A stretch of 64,000 bases of DNA from an uncultured bacterium (GTDB lineage: Bacteria; Krumholzibacteriota; Krumholzibacteriia; LZORAL124-64-63), in NCBI GenBank assembly GCA_963727525.1, contig CAVSGO010000005.1:608001-672000 (forward strand), given 5' to 3'. Both the position numbers and the translations under genes were made by a program. The notes under the pieces are model-generated. The model worked only from the letters and a program-made list of their open reading frames with translations, ran no database searches and had not been told where the DNA came from. The stretch's first letter is position 1. Each line of letters opens with the position of its first letter. Below, piece by piece: positions 28,739-38,837 of this stretch.

Positions 28739-29485
28739 CTACCGCCCGAACCGCGCTTCCACGCGGGTCCAGTCATCCTCGGTGGTCACCTTCCAGTTCT
28801 GAGCCTCGCCCATCACCACGACCGGACGCAGACCGCGCGCGGCGAGCAGGCCGCCGTCATCGGTGAAGACCTCGTTCTGCTCCGCGCACCAGGCGTGAGC
28901 GGCGTGCAGGTCGGCGAAACGGAAGACCTGCGGCGTCTGCACGGCCACGAGCGACGCGCGCTCGAGGTACTCGGCCACCGCCTGCTCGGTGCGACGGACC
29001 TCGACGTTTCGACTTTCGGCGAGTTGCACCACGGTGTCGGTGACCGCCACGCCCGGGATCGCCGCCCCGCGGAGCGCGGCGGCCACGGCCACGCGGGTGA
29101 GCAGGTGATGTGAGGCGAACGGACGGGCGGCATCGTGGATGGCCACGAGGTCGTCGGCGCGCGGCGCGAGTTCGCCTTCCAGTGCGGCGATGGCCTGCAA
29201 CGCATGCCACGCCGACTGCGTACGCTGCGCCCCCGCCGGGGCGAGGGCGATGGGCACGGCGAGCGAAAGCTCGTCAAGCGCCTGGGTCACGACGGCTCGC
29301 CAGGCGTCGGGCACCACCACGGTGGCGTGCACCACGCCGGGCGCGCGCAGCAGTTCGCGCAGGCTGTGGAGTAGCAGCATGGTGCCGCCGGCCCGGCGGA
29401 ACTGCTTGGGCGGCGTGGAATCGCCGGCGCGGGCGCGGGTGGACTGGCCGCCGGCGAGCACGGCGAGGTAGAGACGCGGGGTCAT
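28739..29485 (-). CDS. ispD: 2-C-methyl-D-erythritol 4-phosphate cytidylyltransferase
   Basis: LAGG.S.R...KQF, IHDAARPF, QTPQVF, TDD and NWKVTT.DD motifs; follows radA. Confidence 0.88.
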   Translation of the reverse strand: MTPRLYLAVLAGGQSTRARAGDSTPPKQFRRAGGTMLLLHSLRELLRAPGVVHATVVVPDAWRAVVTQALDELSLAVPIALAPAGAQRTQSAWHALQAIAALEGELAPRADDLVAIHDAARPFASHHLLTRVAVAAALRGAAIPGVAVTDTVVQLAESRNVEVRRTEQAVAEYLERASLVAVQTPQVFRFADLHAAHAWCAEQNEVFTDDGGLLAARGLRPVVVMGEAQNWKVTTEDDWTRVEARFGR

Positions 29486-30942
29486 GCCTGACTCCTGGCG
29501 CGCACGTTGTCACCGGGCGCGAGGGCGAAGGCCACGGCCTCCTCCACGGTGGTGACGAGGGCGAGATCGAAGGTACGGGTGGTTTTCTTCTTCTTTTCCG
29601 CGCGAGGCCCCGTGGGCGCGGCACAGACGGCGCGCGTGAAGCCGTGGCGGAAGGCCTCGCGCAGGCGGTCGGTCTGTGCGCTCACGGCGCGCACCTCGCC
29701 CGTGAGGCCCACCTCGCCCAGCACGAGCGTACCGGCGGCCACGGGGCGTTCGCGTAGCGAGCTGGCCAGGGCCACCTGGATGGCGAGGTCGGCCGCGGGA
29801 TCGTCGAGTCGCCCGCCGCCGGCCACCTTGACGAAGATGTCGCAGCCGGCGAGGTCGAGTCCGCCGCGCTTCTCGAGAATGGCCGCGAGCAGGGCCACGC
29901 GCTTGCCGTCCACGCCCTGCACCACGCGCTGCGGCGTGCCGTACGACGACGGCGCCACCAGCGCTTGCACCTCCACCAGGAAGATGCGCGAGCCGTTCAG
30001 CACGGCGCACACCGCGGCGCCGGGCGCCTCGCGGCCGTGGCCGGTGAGGAAAAGCGCGTTGACGTCGTCCACCGGCACCAGGCCCTCGCGGCGCATCTCC
30101 AGCACTGCCACTTCGCCCGTGGTGCCGAAGCGGTTCTTCACCGCGCGCACCAGCCGCACCGGCCCGCCGCCGCTGCCCTCGAAGTAGAGCACGGTGTCGA
30201 CCATGTGCTCGAGAAGCTTGGGACCTGCGAGGTCCCCGCTCTTGGTCACGTGCCCCACCAGGAACACGGGGCATCCGTGGCGGCGCGCCAGGTCGGCCAG
30301 CACGCCGCCGCAGGCCCGGATCTGCGTGGGCGAACCGGGGAACGCGTCGATGTGCTCACTGTGCAGCGTCTGCACCGAGTCGGCGATGACGACGGCCGGC
30401 CCGGCGCGCTCGGTGAGCGCCCGTGTCAGCGTGTCCACCAGCGCCTCGAGCTGTACCTCCTGCAGGATCTCGAAGCCCTCCTCCTTGTCGGGCTGGAAAC
30501 CGAGCCGTTCGGCCCGCAGGCGAATCTGCGCCGGCGACTCCTCGCCGGCGACGTAGAGCACGCGCACGCCTCGGCGCGCCCAGTCGAGCGCCAGGCCGGT
30601 GAGCAGCGTCGATTTGCCCACACCCGGTTCGCCGCCCAGCAGCACCACCGAGCCCTCCACGAGCCCGCCGCCGAGCACGCGCGCCACCTCTGGCGGATGC
30701 ACAGGCAAGCGCCGGGCCTTTGTCGCGTCGATCTCACGCAGGGGCACGAGCCGCGCCGTCTCGCCCCGGGCCGTAGCGCCGGACTGGAATCCCCGCGCCC
30801 CCTTGCCCGCCTTCGCCGGATCGGGCGCCGTGCGGAACTCGCGCATCGTGTTGAAGGTCCCGCAGGCCGGACACCGCCCCAGCCAGCGGACCTCGCTATG
30901 GCCACATTCGGTGCACACGTAGTTCGAGGTCGCCTTGGCCAT
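29482..30942 (-). CDS. radA: DNA repair protein RadA/Sms
   Basis: CxxC..CxxC Zn finger; GEPGVGKSTLL; GPKLLEHMVD; KNRFG; Lon-like C-domain. Confidence 0.97.
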   Translation of the reverse strand: MAKATSNYVCTECGHSEVRWLGRCPACGTFNTMREFRTAPDPAKAGKGARGFQSGATARGETARLVPLREIDATKARRLPVHPPEVARVLGGGLVEGSVVLLGGEPGVGKSTLLTGLALDWARRGVRVLYVAGEESPAQIRLRAERLGFQPDKEEGFEILQEVQLEALVDTLTRALTERAGPAVVIADSVQTLHSEHIDAFPGSPTQIRACGGVLADLARRHGCPVFLVGHVTKSGDLAGPKLLEHMVDTVLYFEGSGGGPVRLVRAVKNRFGTTGEVAVLEMRREGLVPVDDVNALFLTGHGREAPGAAVCAVLNGSRIFLVEVQALVAPSSYGTPQRVVQGVDGKRVALLAAILEKRGGLDLAGCDIFVKVAGGGRLDDPAADLAIQVALASSLRERPVAAGTLVLGEVGLTGEVRAVSAQTDRLREAFRHGFTRAVCAAPTGPRAEKKKKTTRTFDLALVTTVEEAVAFALAPGDNVRARSQA

Positions 30943-31073
30943 GCGCATCACCGTTTTCAGGAGGAGCGTCAACGCCGGGCGACACCATCGGTATCGGTGC
31001 CAACCACGGGTACCGAGGGAAGGTAGCACAGAACAGACGTGAATTCATCAGCAGGAGGCCGACCGGGACAGGC

Positions 31074-31117
31074 GTCAGCGCACGACTGTGTCAGCGCACG
31101 ACTGTGTCAGCGCACGA
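31074..31117. repeat. 16-bp tandem repeat (2.75 copies) overlapping the S8 peptidase stop codon
   Basis: GTCAGCGCACGACTGT at 31074 and 31090, partial copy at 31106. Confidence 0.9.
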
Positions 31118-34100
31118 GGGTCATCTTTTGCTGCGTGACGGTGTCTTCCGCCTCGAGCCGGCACACGTACGTGCCGCTGGCCATGGCCCGGCCGCTGGCA
31201 TCGCGTCCGTCCCAGGGGGCCGTGTGGCGGCCTGCAGGCAGGGACGCGTCGACGAGCGTGCGCACGTGGCGACCGCGTACGTCGTAAACGGACAGCTGGG
31301 CATGGCCGGCGCGCGCGAGGTCGTATGTCACCACCGTCTGCGGATTGAATGGGTTGGGCGCCACGGCCACCACGTGGGTGGCGGCGGGTACCCCGCCGGC
31401 GATGTCCGCGACGGGCACCTGCAAGTTCAGGCCCCAGCTATGCAGGGTGCCCACGTTACCTCCGGCGTTGTCGGTGACGAAGAGCAGCCAGTTGCCCTGG
31501 ATCTCTTCATCCAGGGCATCGTCGAGGCTGCCGGGGCCGTCCACGGAAAGCGTCGTGGGCCATGTGCCCACGAGGTTGTCGGCGTCGCCGCCGGTGTTGT
31601 CGTGCAGCACCACCGATGTGCCCACCGGACTGAAGAGCACCACGCGAAGGTCTCCAATGGCGGGATGCGTGATATCTACGTCTACAGTCAGTCCGGTGCA
31701 GATGCCGGAATCGGTCACGGTGATCGCGCTGACGATGCCGGGCTGGCCGTCGGGGATCGGTCGCTCCGGCTGGACCGCGGCGTGCACGACGGTGACCGGC
31801 ACCAGGGAGAGATCGACGCCGGTGACCTGCTCGGCGACTGCCACGGCGACGTCTCGGTGCTCATCGCGATAACCGTACTTGCGAGCCGTCACGGTGTAGG
31901 TGCCGGCATCGAAGGGGCCGAGGGTGAAGGCACCGTCGGCGACGGTGATCACCGACTGGCCAGCGCACGACACGGTGACGCCGACGGGCGGCGCTCCGTC
32001 GGCGAGCGCCACGTGACCGCTGATGGTGGCCGTGGCCGGTACCTGGACGGCGAGCAGGAAGGCGAGGGCATTCTCCACCAGGTCGCGTCCTGCCTGCGGA
32101 TCGAGCGCCCCCGCGTTGCAGGCGAGGAAGACGGTCTGCGCCGACTGCGGGGCGGCGTCATCGTCGTGGATGAGCAAGCCGGCCGACGACGGGAAGCCGC
32201 TCGGCACCAGGATCAGCTCGGCGTCGGCGGCGGGGTTGGCCGTATCCTGATCGTAGGTGTCCTGGTAGTCGAGGGCCAGGGGCAGCGGGATCACGTGCGG
32301 ATAGTTGAGAAGGCGGTGCTCGCTCGCACCGGCGGCCGCCACCAGGGCGCCGCCGAAGTCGCTGTGCGAGCCGGTGGTATGCAGCACCTCCTGCGCGAAG
32401 GTCGGAAAGCCCGACGAACCGTGGGCCAGGCGGGCCACCTCGCCGCCCTCGACGAGGAGCTTGCCGCCATCCTCGGCCCGCGCGATCAAGGACGCGCGCA
32501 GGCCCGGGAGCGCCTCCAGAGACGTGGCCGTGCCGCCGGCGGTGTAGACCACGACCTGATACGGCGTGAGCGCCTCGGCGGTGACGTCGGCCGGCGCGAG
32601 GGTGGTCACCTGGTAGCCGGCGTCGGCGAGCCACGTCGCGATAGGGCCACCGGCGTCGTCGATCACGCCCACTACGCCCGGCGCGTCGACCACGGTGAAG
32701 GCATGAGGGCCGCTCACCGTGCTGTTGGGGACCAGTGCGACATCGTAGGCCGTGAGCGTGTAGGTCACGGCAGCGCCGGCGTGCAGATCGGCGACGGCGA
32801 CCGGAAACTCGAGGGTGTAGGCGCCGCCGCTCTGGACCGCGAGGGTGTCCGGCCCCTGCGTGGCACCGCCGTCGATGGTCCAGGTGAGTTCCACGCGGTC
32901 GATGCCGAGGTTGTCGTCGGCCAGCGCCACCACCTGCGGCGGCCAGGTGGTGAGGGGCTGATCGCCAAGGGGCTGATGCAGGAGCGTGGGCGGTACCGTG
33001 TCCACGTCCACGACGAAGGTGTGCAGGTGGCCGGGCGCGTCGGCGGGTGCGCGCATGGTGAGACCGCTGGCGTCGGTGACCTCGAGATAGTAGTCGACCG
33101 TCGTGCCGGCGGTCTGCCCCGGGATGAGGCCCGACCACGTGTCGCCGCCCTGCGCGGCGAACGCCGCGGTCTGCCAGGCGCCGCCGTTGCCGCGCCAGTG
33201 CAACGCCGCCTGCGCCGGCGCAAGAGGGAGCCGGTCGGTGACCGTGGCGACCACCGCATAGGGCCCGATGGTGTCTTCCGTGTCGATGAGCGGCTCGTGC
33301 GCGATATTCGGTCCCCAGTAGGTGACGGCGGCATAGGCATCGAGAATGCCCCAGCCGGTGTCGTTGTCGGGCGTGGTGGGGTGGCTCGATGTCTCGCGCA
33401 ACGCGTCGCGCACCTGGATCGGTGTGAGGAAGGGTGCGCGCGCGAGCACGAGCGCGGTCACGCCGGCGGCGAGCGGGCAGCTCAGACTGGTGCCGCTGGC
33501 CGAGGTGTAAGTGGAGTCGTTGGTGGAGGCCGCGCAGGGCACGCTCAGGCCGAGGGCAGCCACATCGGGCTTGATGCGTCCGTCGTACGTGGGCCCCGGC
33601 GACGAGAAACCCGCCACGTTGCCGTTGAGATCCACCGCGCCCACGGTCACCACGCTGTCGCCGTCGGCAGGCGCGATGATGTGGCCGAAGTGGCCGCCGC
33701 CGCGCTCGTTGCCGGCGGAGTTCACCACGCATACGCCCAGGCTCACCGCAATGTCAGCCGCTATGGTGGTGACGGCCGTGTTGCCATCCAGGTCCGCGAA
33801 GGTGTACCAGTCGGAGTAGCCCAGGCTGCTGGACACGACATCGGCACCGAGCGACTCGAGCCACTCCAGGCCAGCCACCCAGTAGTCTTCCTCGATCGGC
33901 ACCTCCTGGCTGGTGTCCTCGGTCTTGGCGAGGATCACCGAGGCGCCGTACGCGGGGCCCACCACGTGGCCCGGCGCGAAGCCCATGAGCGTGGAGCACG
34001 TCTTGGTGCCGTGGTCGAACTGGCCGTTGGGATCGCCTGGCTCGTCGTTCACGTCGTCGTCGCCATTGATGAAGTCGTGGGTGGCGATGATGGGCAAGTG

Positions 34101-34793
34101 GGCGAGCGCGTCATGGGTGGTGCGGAAGCCGGTGTCGAGCATGCCGACAACGACGCCGCTGCCGTCGAACCCCAGCTCGTGCACGAAGGGCACGTCGATC
34201 TGCATGAGGCCGGCCAGGCTCGAGCCGTAGTCGAGCGTCCACTCCGTCGCGCTCTTCGCACGCAGGCGCGCGTTGGCCTCGCGCAGGGCCGCGAGGTCGG
34301 CCGGCGTGACGGGCGGCGGCGCCGGTCGCCGCGTGCGGGCCACGAGATCGATTCGCGTCACGCACGCGAGGTTGGCGATGCGGGCGATCTGGGCCGGCGA
34401 GGCGTCCACGCTCAGCGCGTCGAGCCAGCGGCTGCGCTGGCGCTCGCGCGCACCGGTGGCCAGCACCTGCGCCACGTAGGTCGCCGAAAGAGGCAGGTCG
34501 GTCGCGGTGACGAGAGCAGCGCCGCTGCGTGCCATCTTCTCCCGACGTTGCCGGGCGCGGGGCGAGAGAGCGACCTCGGCAACGGCCAGGGCGCGCGGCA
34601 TGGCGCCCGAGGCCACACCCTTGTCGGCAAACGTCACCCACAAGGCGTAGCTGCCATCGGCGCTGCGCCAGGGGTTGGTCGGCGTGGCGAGCGCCTGTTC
34701 CAGGCGCGGCGCGATGACGGGCGCCGGGTGGGCAGCGGCCGACCCGGTCAGGATCCCGGCGAGGATGGCGATGCGGTAAATCCATCTGGCCAT
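31107..34793 (-). CDS. Secreted S8 (subtilisin-like) serine peptidase with Ig-like, P-domain and FlgD-Ig C-terminal domains
   Basis: Signal peptide; catalytic LDTG, HGT and SGTSLS; SAGNE; IKPDV; proprotein-convertase P domain (DITH...DL...L.SP.GT); PNPFNP tail. Confidence 0.93.
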   Translation of the reverse strand: MARWIYRIAILAGILTGSAAAHPAPVIAPRLEQALATPTNPWRSADGSYALWVTFADKGVASGAMPRALAVAEVALSPRARQRREKMARSGAALVTATDLPLSATYVAQVLATGARERQRSRWLDALSVDASPAQIARIANLACVTRIDLVARTRRPAPPPVTPADLAALREANARLRAKSATEWTLDYGSSLAGLMQIDVPFVHELGFDGSGVVVGMLDTGFRTTHDALAHLPIIATHDFINGDDDVNDEPGDPNGQFDHGTKTCSTLMGFAPGHVVGPAYGASVILAKTEDTSQEVPIEEDYWVAGLEWLESLGADVVSSSLGYSDWYTFADLDGNTAVTTIAADIAVSLGVCVVNSAGNERGGGHFGHIIAPADGDSVVTVGAVDLNGNVAGFSSPGPTYDGRIKPDVAALGLSVPCAASTNDSTYTSASGTSLSCPLAAGVTALVLARAPFLTPIQVRDALRETSSHPTTPDNDTGWGILDAYAAVTYWGPNIAHEPLIDTEDTIGPYAVVATVTDRLPLAPAQAALHWRGNGGAWQTAAFAAQGGDTWSGLIPGQTAGTTVDYYLEVTDASGLTMRAPADAPGHLHTFVVDVDTVPPTLLHQPLGDQPLTTWPPQVVALADDNLGIDRVELTWTIDGGATQGPDTLAVQSGGAYTLEFPVAVADLHAGAAVTYTLTAYDVALVPNSTVSGPHAFTVVDAPGVVGVIDDAGGPIATWLADAGYQVTTLAPADVTAEALTPYQVVVYTAGGTATSLEALPGLRASLIARAEDGGKLLVEGGEVARLAHGSSGFPTFAQEVLHTTGSHSDFGGALVAAAGASEHRLLNYPHVIPLPLALDYQDTYDQDTANPAADAELILVPSGFPSSAGLLIHDDDAAPQSAQTVFLACNAGALDPQAGRDLVENALAFLLAVQVPATATISGHVALADGAPPVGVTVSCAGQSVITVADGAFTLGPFDAGTYTVTARKYGYRDEHRDVAVAVAEQVTGVDLSLVPVTVVHAAVQPERPIPDGQPGIVSAITVTDSGICTGLTVDVDITHPAIGDLRVVLFSPVGTSVVLHDNTGGDADNLVGTWPTTLSVDGPGSLDDALDEEIQGNWLLFVTDNAGGNVGTLHSWGLNLQVPVADIAGGVPAATHVVAVAPNPFNPQTVVTYDLARAGHAQLSVYDVRGRHVRTLVDASLPAGRHTAPWDGRDASGRAMASGTYVCRLEAEDTVTQQKMTLVR

Positions 34794-35012
34794 AAGACAT
34801 GCGTCCGGTTCAGAGCCCTGCCGTCCCGGTCGGGATGACCGGGCGACTGTCTCAATATGCGGAATCGTCCTCGATCATACCACAGCGGGTCTCTGCGAAT
34901 CAGGGAACCCCGAGCCCGGGCCCGGAATATACGCGCGGAGTCATGAATCCCGACCGCGGCGCCCACAGGCCGCGGAACCATCATCGCGAGGTTTGCCATG
35001 CATTCCCAAGCC

Positions 35013-35498
35013 ATGGACCCCACCGAGATCGAATCCCTACTGGCCGCCCTCGACAACAAGGATGGCCTCAGGCGCCAGGAGGCGCGCGCGGCGTTGCTCG
35101 CGATAGGACGCAGCGTGACGCCGCACCTGCTCCCCCTCCTCACCCACCGACACACCCATGTGCGCTGGGAAGCCGCGAAGACCCTCGCCACGCTGGCCGA
35201 TCCGGCCGCCGTGCCTGGTCTGATCCAGTGCCTCGTCGACGAGGATCCCGACGTGCGCTGGCTCGCGGCCGAGGGCCTCGCCGCGATCGGGCGCCCGGCG
35301 CTGGCGCCTCTCCTGGAGACCCTGATCATCAAGGGCGACCATCCCGACGTGCGCGATGGCGTACACCATGTACTGCACGACCTCGAAGACCCGGAACTTC
35401 GCCGGCTCGTGGCGCCGGTCTACGACGAACTCTCGGGTATCGAGGCGTCGGTCGACTCGATCGTGGCCGCCGAGCATGTCCTCAAGTTATTGGCCTAG
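35013..35498 (+). CDS. HEAT/PBS-lyase repeat protein
   Basis: Repeated VRWxAAxxL units. Confidence 0.85.
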   Translation: MDPTEIESLLAALDNKDGLRRQEARAALLAIGRSVTPHLLPLLTHRHTHVRWEAAKTLATLADPAAVPGLIQCLVDEDPDVRWLAAEGLAAIGRPALAPLLETLIIKGDHPDVRDGVHHVLHDLEDPELRRLVAPVYDELSGIEASVDSIVAAEHVLKLLA

Positions 35499-35588
35499 CC
35501 ACTGAAAGAAGGCTATCATGGAAACGCCGCGGCCCGCACCGGGACTTCGCGGCGTCCGCTCGCGAATCCTTCCAGGAGATCATCCGGC

Positions 35589-36524
35589 ATGCCCCAGCCC
35601 CGCATCGGTCTGGCACTCGGTAGCGGTGGAGCACGTGGACTCGCGCACTGCGGCGTGCTGCGCGCGTTCGAGGAGGCCGGCATCCGGCCCAACGTCGTGG
35701 CCGGCACGAGCATGGGCGCCATCGTCGGTGCGCTCTATGCCCAGGAGCCCAATGCCGCGAGCGTGTGGCGCAAGCTGCAGACGTACGTCGAAGACGAGCG
35801 CTTCGCCTCCTACTGGGCCGCCTTTGGACCGCGTCACGACGGCGACGACGAGGAGCCGCACTGGTCGTGGGGCACGCTCTTCGACTACATGCAGCGCGGC
35901 CGCGCGGCGGTACGCGCCCTGTCGACGATCTCGGCGGAGCGGCGCGAGAGGCTATGGGATCCCCTGGCCAAGCTCTTCCGTGACACGCCGCGCTTCGACC
36001 AGCTCGCGCTGCCGTTCGCGGCCGTCGGACTCGACCTCGTGGCTGGTGAGAATGTCACCTTCACACGTGGCTCCGTCGTGGAGGCGCTCTACGCGAGCTG
36101 CGCCATCCCCGGGGTCTTTCCGCCCATCGAACGCGACGGGCAGGTCCTCGTGGACGGGGGCGGGCCATATCGCGTGCCGGTGGAGGCGTGCCGCAGCCTG
36201 GGCGCCGAGTTCGTGGTGGCGGTCGACATCCCGGCCTATCACGACTCGAAGCTGAACAACGGGCTCGACCTCACCATCCGGAGCAACGCCATCGCGCTGG
36301 ATCGCCTCAACGAGTTCGTCTGCGCCACGGCGGACACCGTGGTGCGTCCCGAGGTGGCAAGCATCCACTGGGCCGACTTCCGCTCGGGTACCAGGTGTCG
36401 CGACCTGGGATACGCTGCGGCCATGGCCAGCATCCCCGACATGCACAGCGAGCTGGCAATGCGGTCGAGCCTGACCGGCGGTTTCCAGCGCCTCCTCGAC
36501 CGGCTTCCGCGCCTCCTCGTCTGA
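35589..36524 (+). CDS. Patatin-like phospholipase
   Basis: GSGGARG, GTSMG and DGG motifs. Confidence 0.93.
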   Translation: MPQPRIGLALGSGGARGLAHCGVLRAFEEAGIRPNVVAGTSMGAIVGALYAQEPNAASVWRKLQTYVEDERFASYWAAFGPRHDGDDEEPHWSWGTLFDYMQRGRAAVRALSTISAERRERLWDPLAKLFRDTPRFDQLALPFAAVGLDLVAGENVTFTRGSVVEALYASCAIPGVFPPIERDGQVLVDGGGPYRVPVEACRSLGAEFVVAVDIPAYHDSKLNNGLDLTIRSNAIALDRLNEFVCATADTVVRPEVASIHWADFRSGTRCRDLGYAAAMASIPDMHSELAMRSSLTGGFQRLLDRLPRLLV

Positions 36525-36695
36525 GCCGAACATCGCGCCAAACTCACCGCTTCAGGTCCTATCGAGACGTACCGAAATCGCCCTTGCGCGCAGGACGTTC
36601 GCACATATTATATGCCGGCTCCAGCGGAGCCATGGTCGGGGGCGAGCCAGCCGGACGATGCCCCACCTTTCGAGCGGTGAACCAGGAGGTTCCCC

Positions 36696-37079
36696 ATGCA
36701 GAAGCTAAACCTCGAGCACTTCCGCGAGATCCTTCTCGTCGAGAAGATGCGTTTGCTCAAGAGCGTCAAGCGTGGCGTCAAGGCGATCGCGCACGACGAT
36801 AACGAGTCCGAGTCGACCAGCGGACGCGCCCACAGCAACCACCTCGCCGACCAGGGCAGTGACGAGGCCGAATACGAGACGCAACTCCTGCTGTCGGCGA
36901 GCCAGGCCCAGTATCTGCGCGAGATCGAGGCCGCGCTCGAGCGTATCGAGGACGGCACGTACGGGATCTGCGAGATGACCGGCAACCCGATCAACGCCGA
37001 TCGGCTCGAGGCCATGCCCACGGCACGGCTCTGCATCGAGGCTCAGGAAGAAGAAGAGCGGCGCGCGTACGGCACCTAG
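36696..37079 (+). CDS. DksA/TraR family transcription factor (2-Cys variant)
   Basis: Coiled coil; ALERIEDGTYGICEMTG.PI...RLEAMP.ARLCIEAQ; GGAGG RBS. Confidence 0.92.
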   Translation: MQKLNLEHFREILLVEKMRLLKSVKRGVKAIAHDDNESESTSGRAHSNHLADQGSDEAEYETQLLLSASQAQYLREIEAALERIEDGTYGICEMTGNPINADRLEAMPTARLCIEAQEEEERRAYGT

Positions 37080-37104
37080 CCGGCGCGACATCGTTGATAC
37101 ACGC

Positions 37105-37137
37105 GACACGGCCGCCGGGTATCCCGGCGGCCGTGTC
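37105..37137. terminator. Strong hairpin between convergent dksA-like and cytochrome genes
   Basis: Perfect 15-bp inverted repeat GACACGGCCGCCGGG-TAT-CCCGGCGGCCGTGTC. Confidence 0.75.
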
Positions 37138-37164
37138 CATCTTCGGCAAGCGTGGTCGAGAAAC

Positions 37165-38685
37165 TCAGCGGCGCAGGAACTGGGCGATGGGGATGCCGCC
37201 CACCCCCGACCAGCTGGGCTCACGCCAGGCCAGCACATCGTGGCACTTGTCGCAGTCCTGACCGATCGTCTGCCCGTCGCTACTCGTGTGCTCCTCGTCG
37301 TGACAGCGGAAACAGCCACCCGTGCCCAGCTCGCCGTCATCCGTGAAGTGCGACAGATTGCTGCGGTAGGTGCCCCAGGTGATCTTCATGTTCGGCCAGA
37401 CGTTCTCGTCGATGAGCGCGGCCAGTTCCCGCGCGGTGGCCGGCAACTCCTTCTCGAGGGCCGCGACGTCTTCAGGATGGTCGGTCTGGTAGATGCTGCG
37501 CAGCTTGTCGGAGACGAGCTGGGCCGTTTGCCCCTCCACCGGCTCCACCTCGCGTAGCACGACCTCGCCTTCCTTGCGCAGCCAGCGCAGCGTCGTGTCG
37601 AGACGCCCCGTGGCGAACGCGATGTCGAGCGCACGCGCCGGCAGATCGTAGATGTGGGTGGGGCGGTTGTGGCAGTCGAGGCAATCCATCACGCGCCATG
37701 TGCCCTGGGTGGAGTCGGGATCGGCGCCTTCCTTGAGATACCGGATCTCGCCCTCGGGCGTGGTCTGCACCACCTCCGCGATGTCATGCCGCTCATTGTC
37801 CGTGTACCGATACCGCACCTGGTTCTGCGGCGCCACGTGCCAGTGAATACCGCGCGCCGTATTCAGCTTGCCCGGCGCCTCGGGACCGCCGATGTGCACG
37901 ACGAGGGCCGTCACCGTCTCGGTGTTGTTCTCATCCGACTCGTAGTGCTTGCGTGTGACGAGCTGCGAGCCGTGGAACTGCTGCGGCGCGTGGCAGACCT
38001 CGCACGTCTCACGCGCGGGACGCAGGTTTTCCACCGGCGTGGGGATGGGCGTGTCGTACGTGTGCGTGAGCACGGCGTACACCTGGCGCAGCCCCGACAG
38101 CTTCGACCGCACGAACCACGAGGCTCCCGGTCCGATGTGGCACGACACGCAGTGCACGTTCGAGTGCGGCGACCGCGCGTGGGCCGACGCCTCCGGTGCC
38201 ATCACCTTGTGGCACACGACGGAACAGAACTGGTTCGAGTCGGTGAAATTGTAGGCCTCGTAGCTGAACAGCCCCAGTCCGAACATCACGGCGATCGACA
38301 CGATGCCCACGACCACGGCGCGGCGGGCCAGGGTGGCGCCACCGATCTCCACCGCGTGCACGTGCTTGTCGCCACGCGCGATACGCCGGCGTCGCAAGAA
38401 GTTGCCCAGCAGCACCAGCCCCAGGCCTGCGAGCAGCAGGGCGGGCAGCAGCATGAAGGCGACGAGGTCCACGTAGGGATTCGACTCGCGACCGAGCAGG
38501 ACGTTGAAAACGAAGAGGACGAACATCGCGGCCATCAGCATGACGATGGTAATCATCACCATGCTGCCGACGGCGCTGATCCAGTTGCTCCAGAACAGAG
38601 GCAGCTTGCCCGTGAACCAACGCTGCAGGCGCCGTCCTCCCGAACCGCCGTCGCTCCGCGTGCCGCCATCCCGTGTCTTGGCCAT
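37165..38685 (-). CDS. Membrane-anchored multiheme cytochrome c (NapC/NirT-like N-domain)
   Basis: 3 TM helices; CSVVCH, CVSCH, CEVCH, CLDCH, CFRCH and CDKCH; start at MAKTRD after GGAGG. Confidence 0.92.
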   Translation of the reverse strand: MAKTRDGGTRSDGGSGGRRLQRWFTGKLPLFWSNWISAVGSMVMITIVMLMAAMFVLFVFNVLLGRESNPYVDLVAFMLLPALLLAGLGLVLLGNFLRRRRIARGDKHVHAVEIGGATLARRAVVVGIVSIAVMFGLGLFSYEAYNFTDSNQFCSVVCHKVMAPEASAHARSPHSNVHCVSCHIGPGASWFVRSKLSGLRQVYAVLTHTYDTPIPTPVENLRPARETCEVCHAPQQFHGSQLVTRKHYESDENNTETVTALVVHIGGPEAPGKLNTARGIHWHVAPQNQVRYRYTDNERHDIAEVVQTTPEGEIRYLKEGADPDSTQGTWRVMDCLDCHNRPTHIYDLPARALDIAFATGRLDTTLRWLRKEGEVVLREVEPVEGQTAQLVSDKLRSIYQTDHPEDVAALEKELPATARELAALIDENVWPNMKITWGTYRSNLSHFTDDGELGTGGCFRCHDEEHTSSDGQTIGQDCDKCHDVLAWREPSWSGVGGIPIAQFLRR

Positions 38686-38837
38686 CTCTTCCTCCCACGT
38701 CCCACATGTCCTGGCGATCTGAAGGGAAGCTAACCAACGAAGCGAACCGATCAAAGGAGAATCCCGGGGCCGCTTGCCGCAGCCCGTCGACGATGCTATC
38801 TGGTGAGGACCGTTCCCGTCAAACCCGGAGGCAGATC

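Noticed and set aside
31074-31117. Possible mini-CRISPR
   Set aside because: Repeats are directly adjacent with no spacers; no cas genes in the window
31104-34838. 1244-aa plus-strand ORF and similar long ORFs (1661-4177, 12075-14585, 14395-16698, 50697-52373)
   Set aside because: Antisense or alternate-frame shadows of well-supported genes, typical of high-GC DNA; no recognisable motifs, except that the distal part of 1661-4177 is the true GT4 N-half
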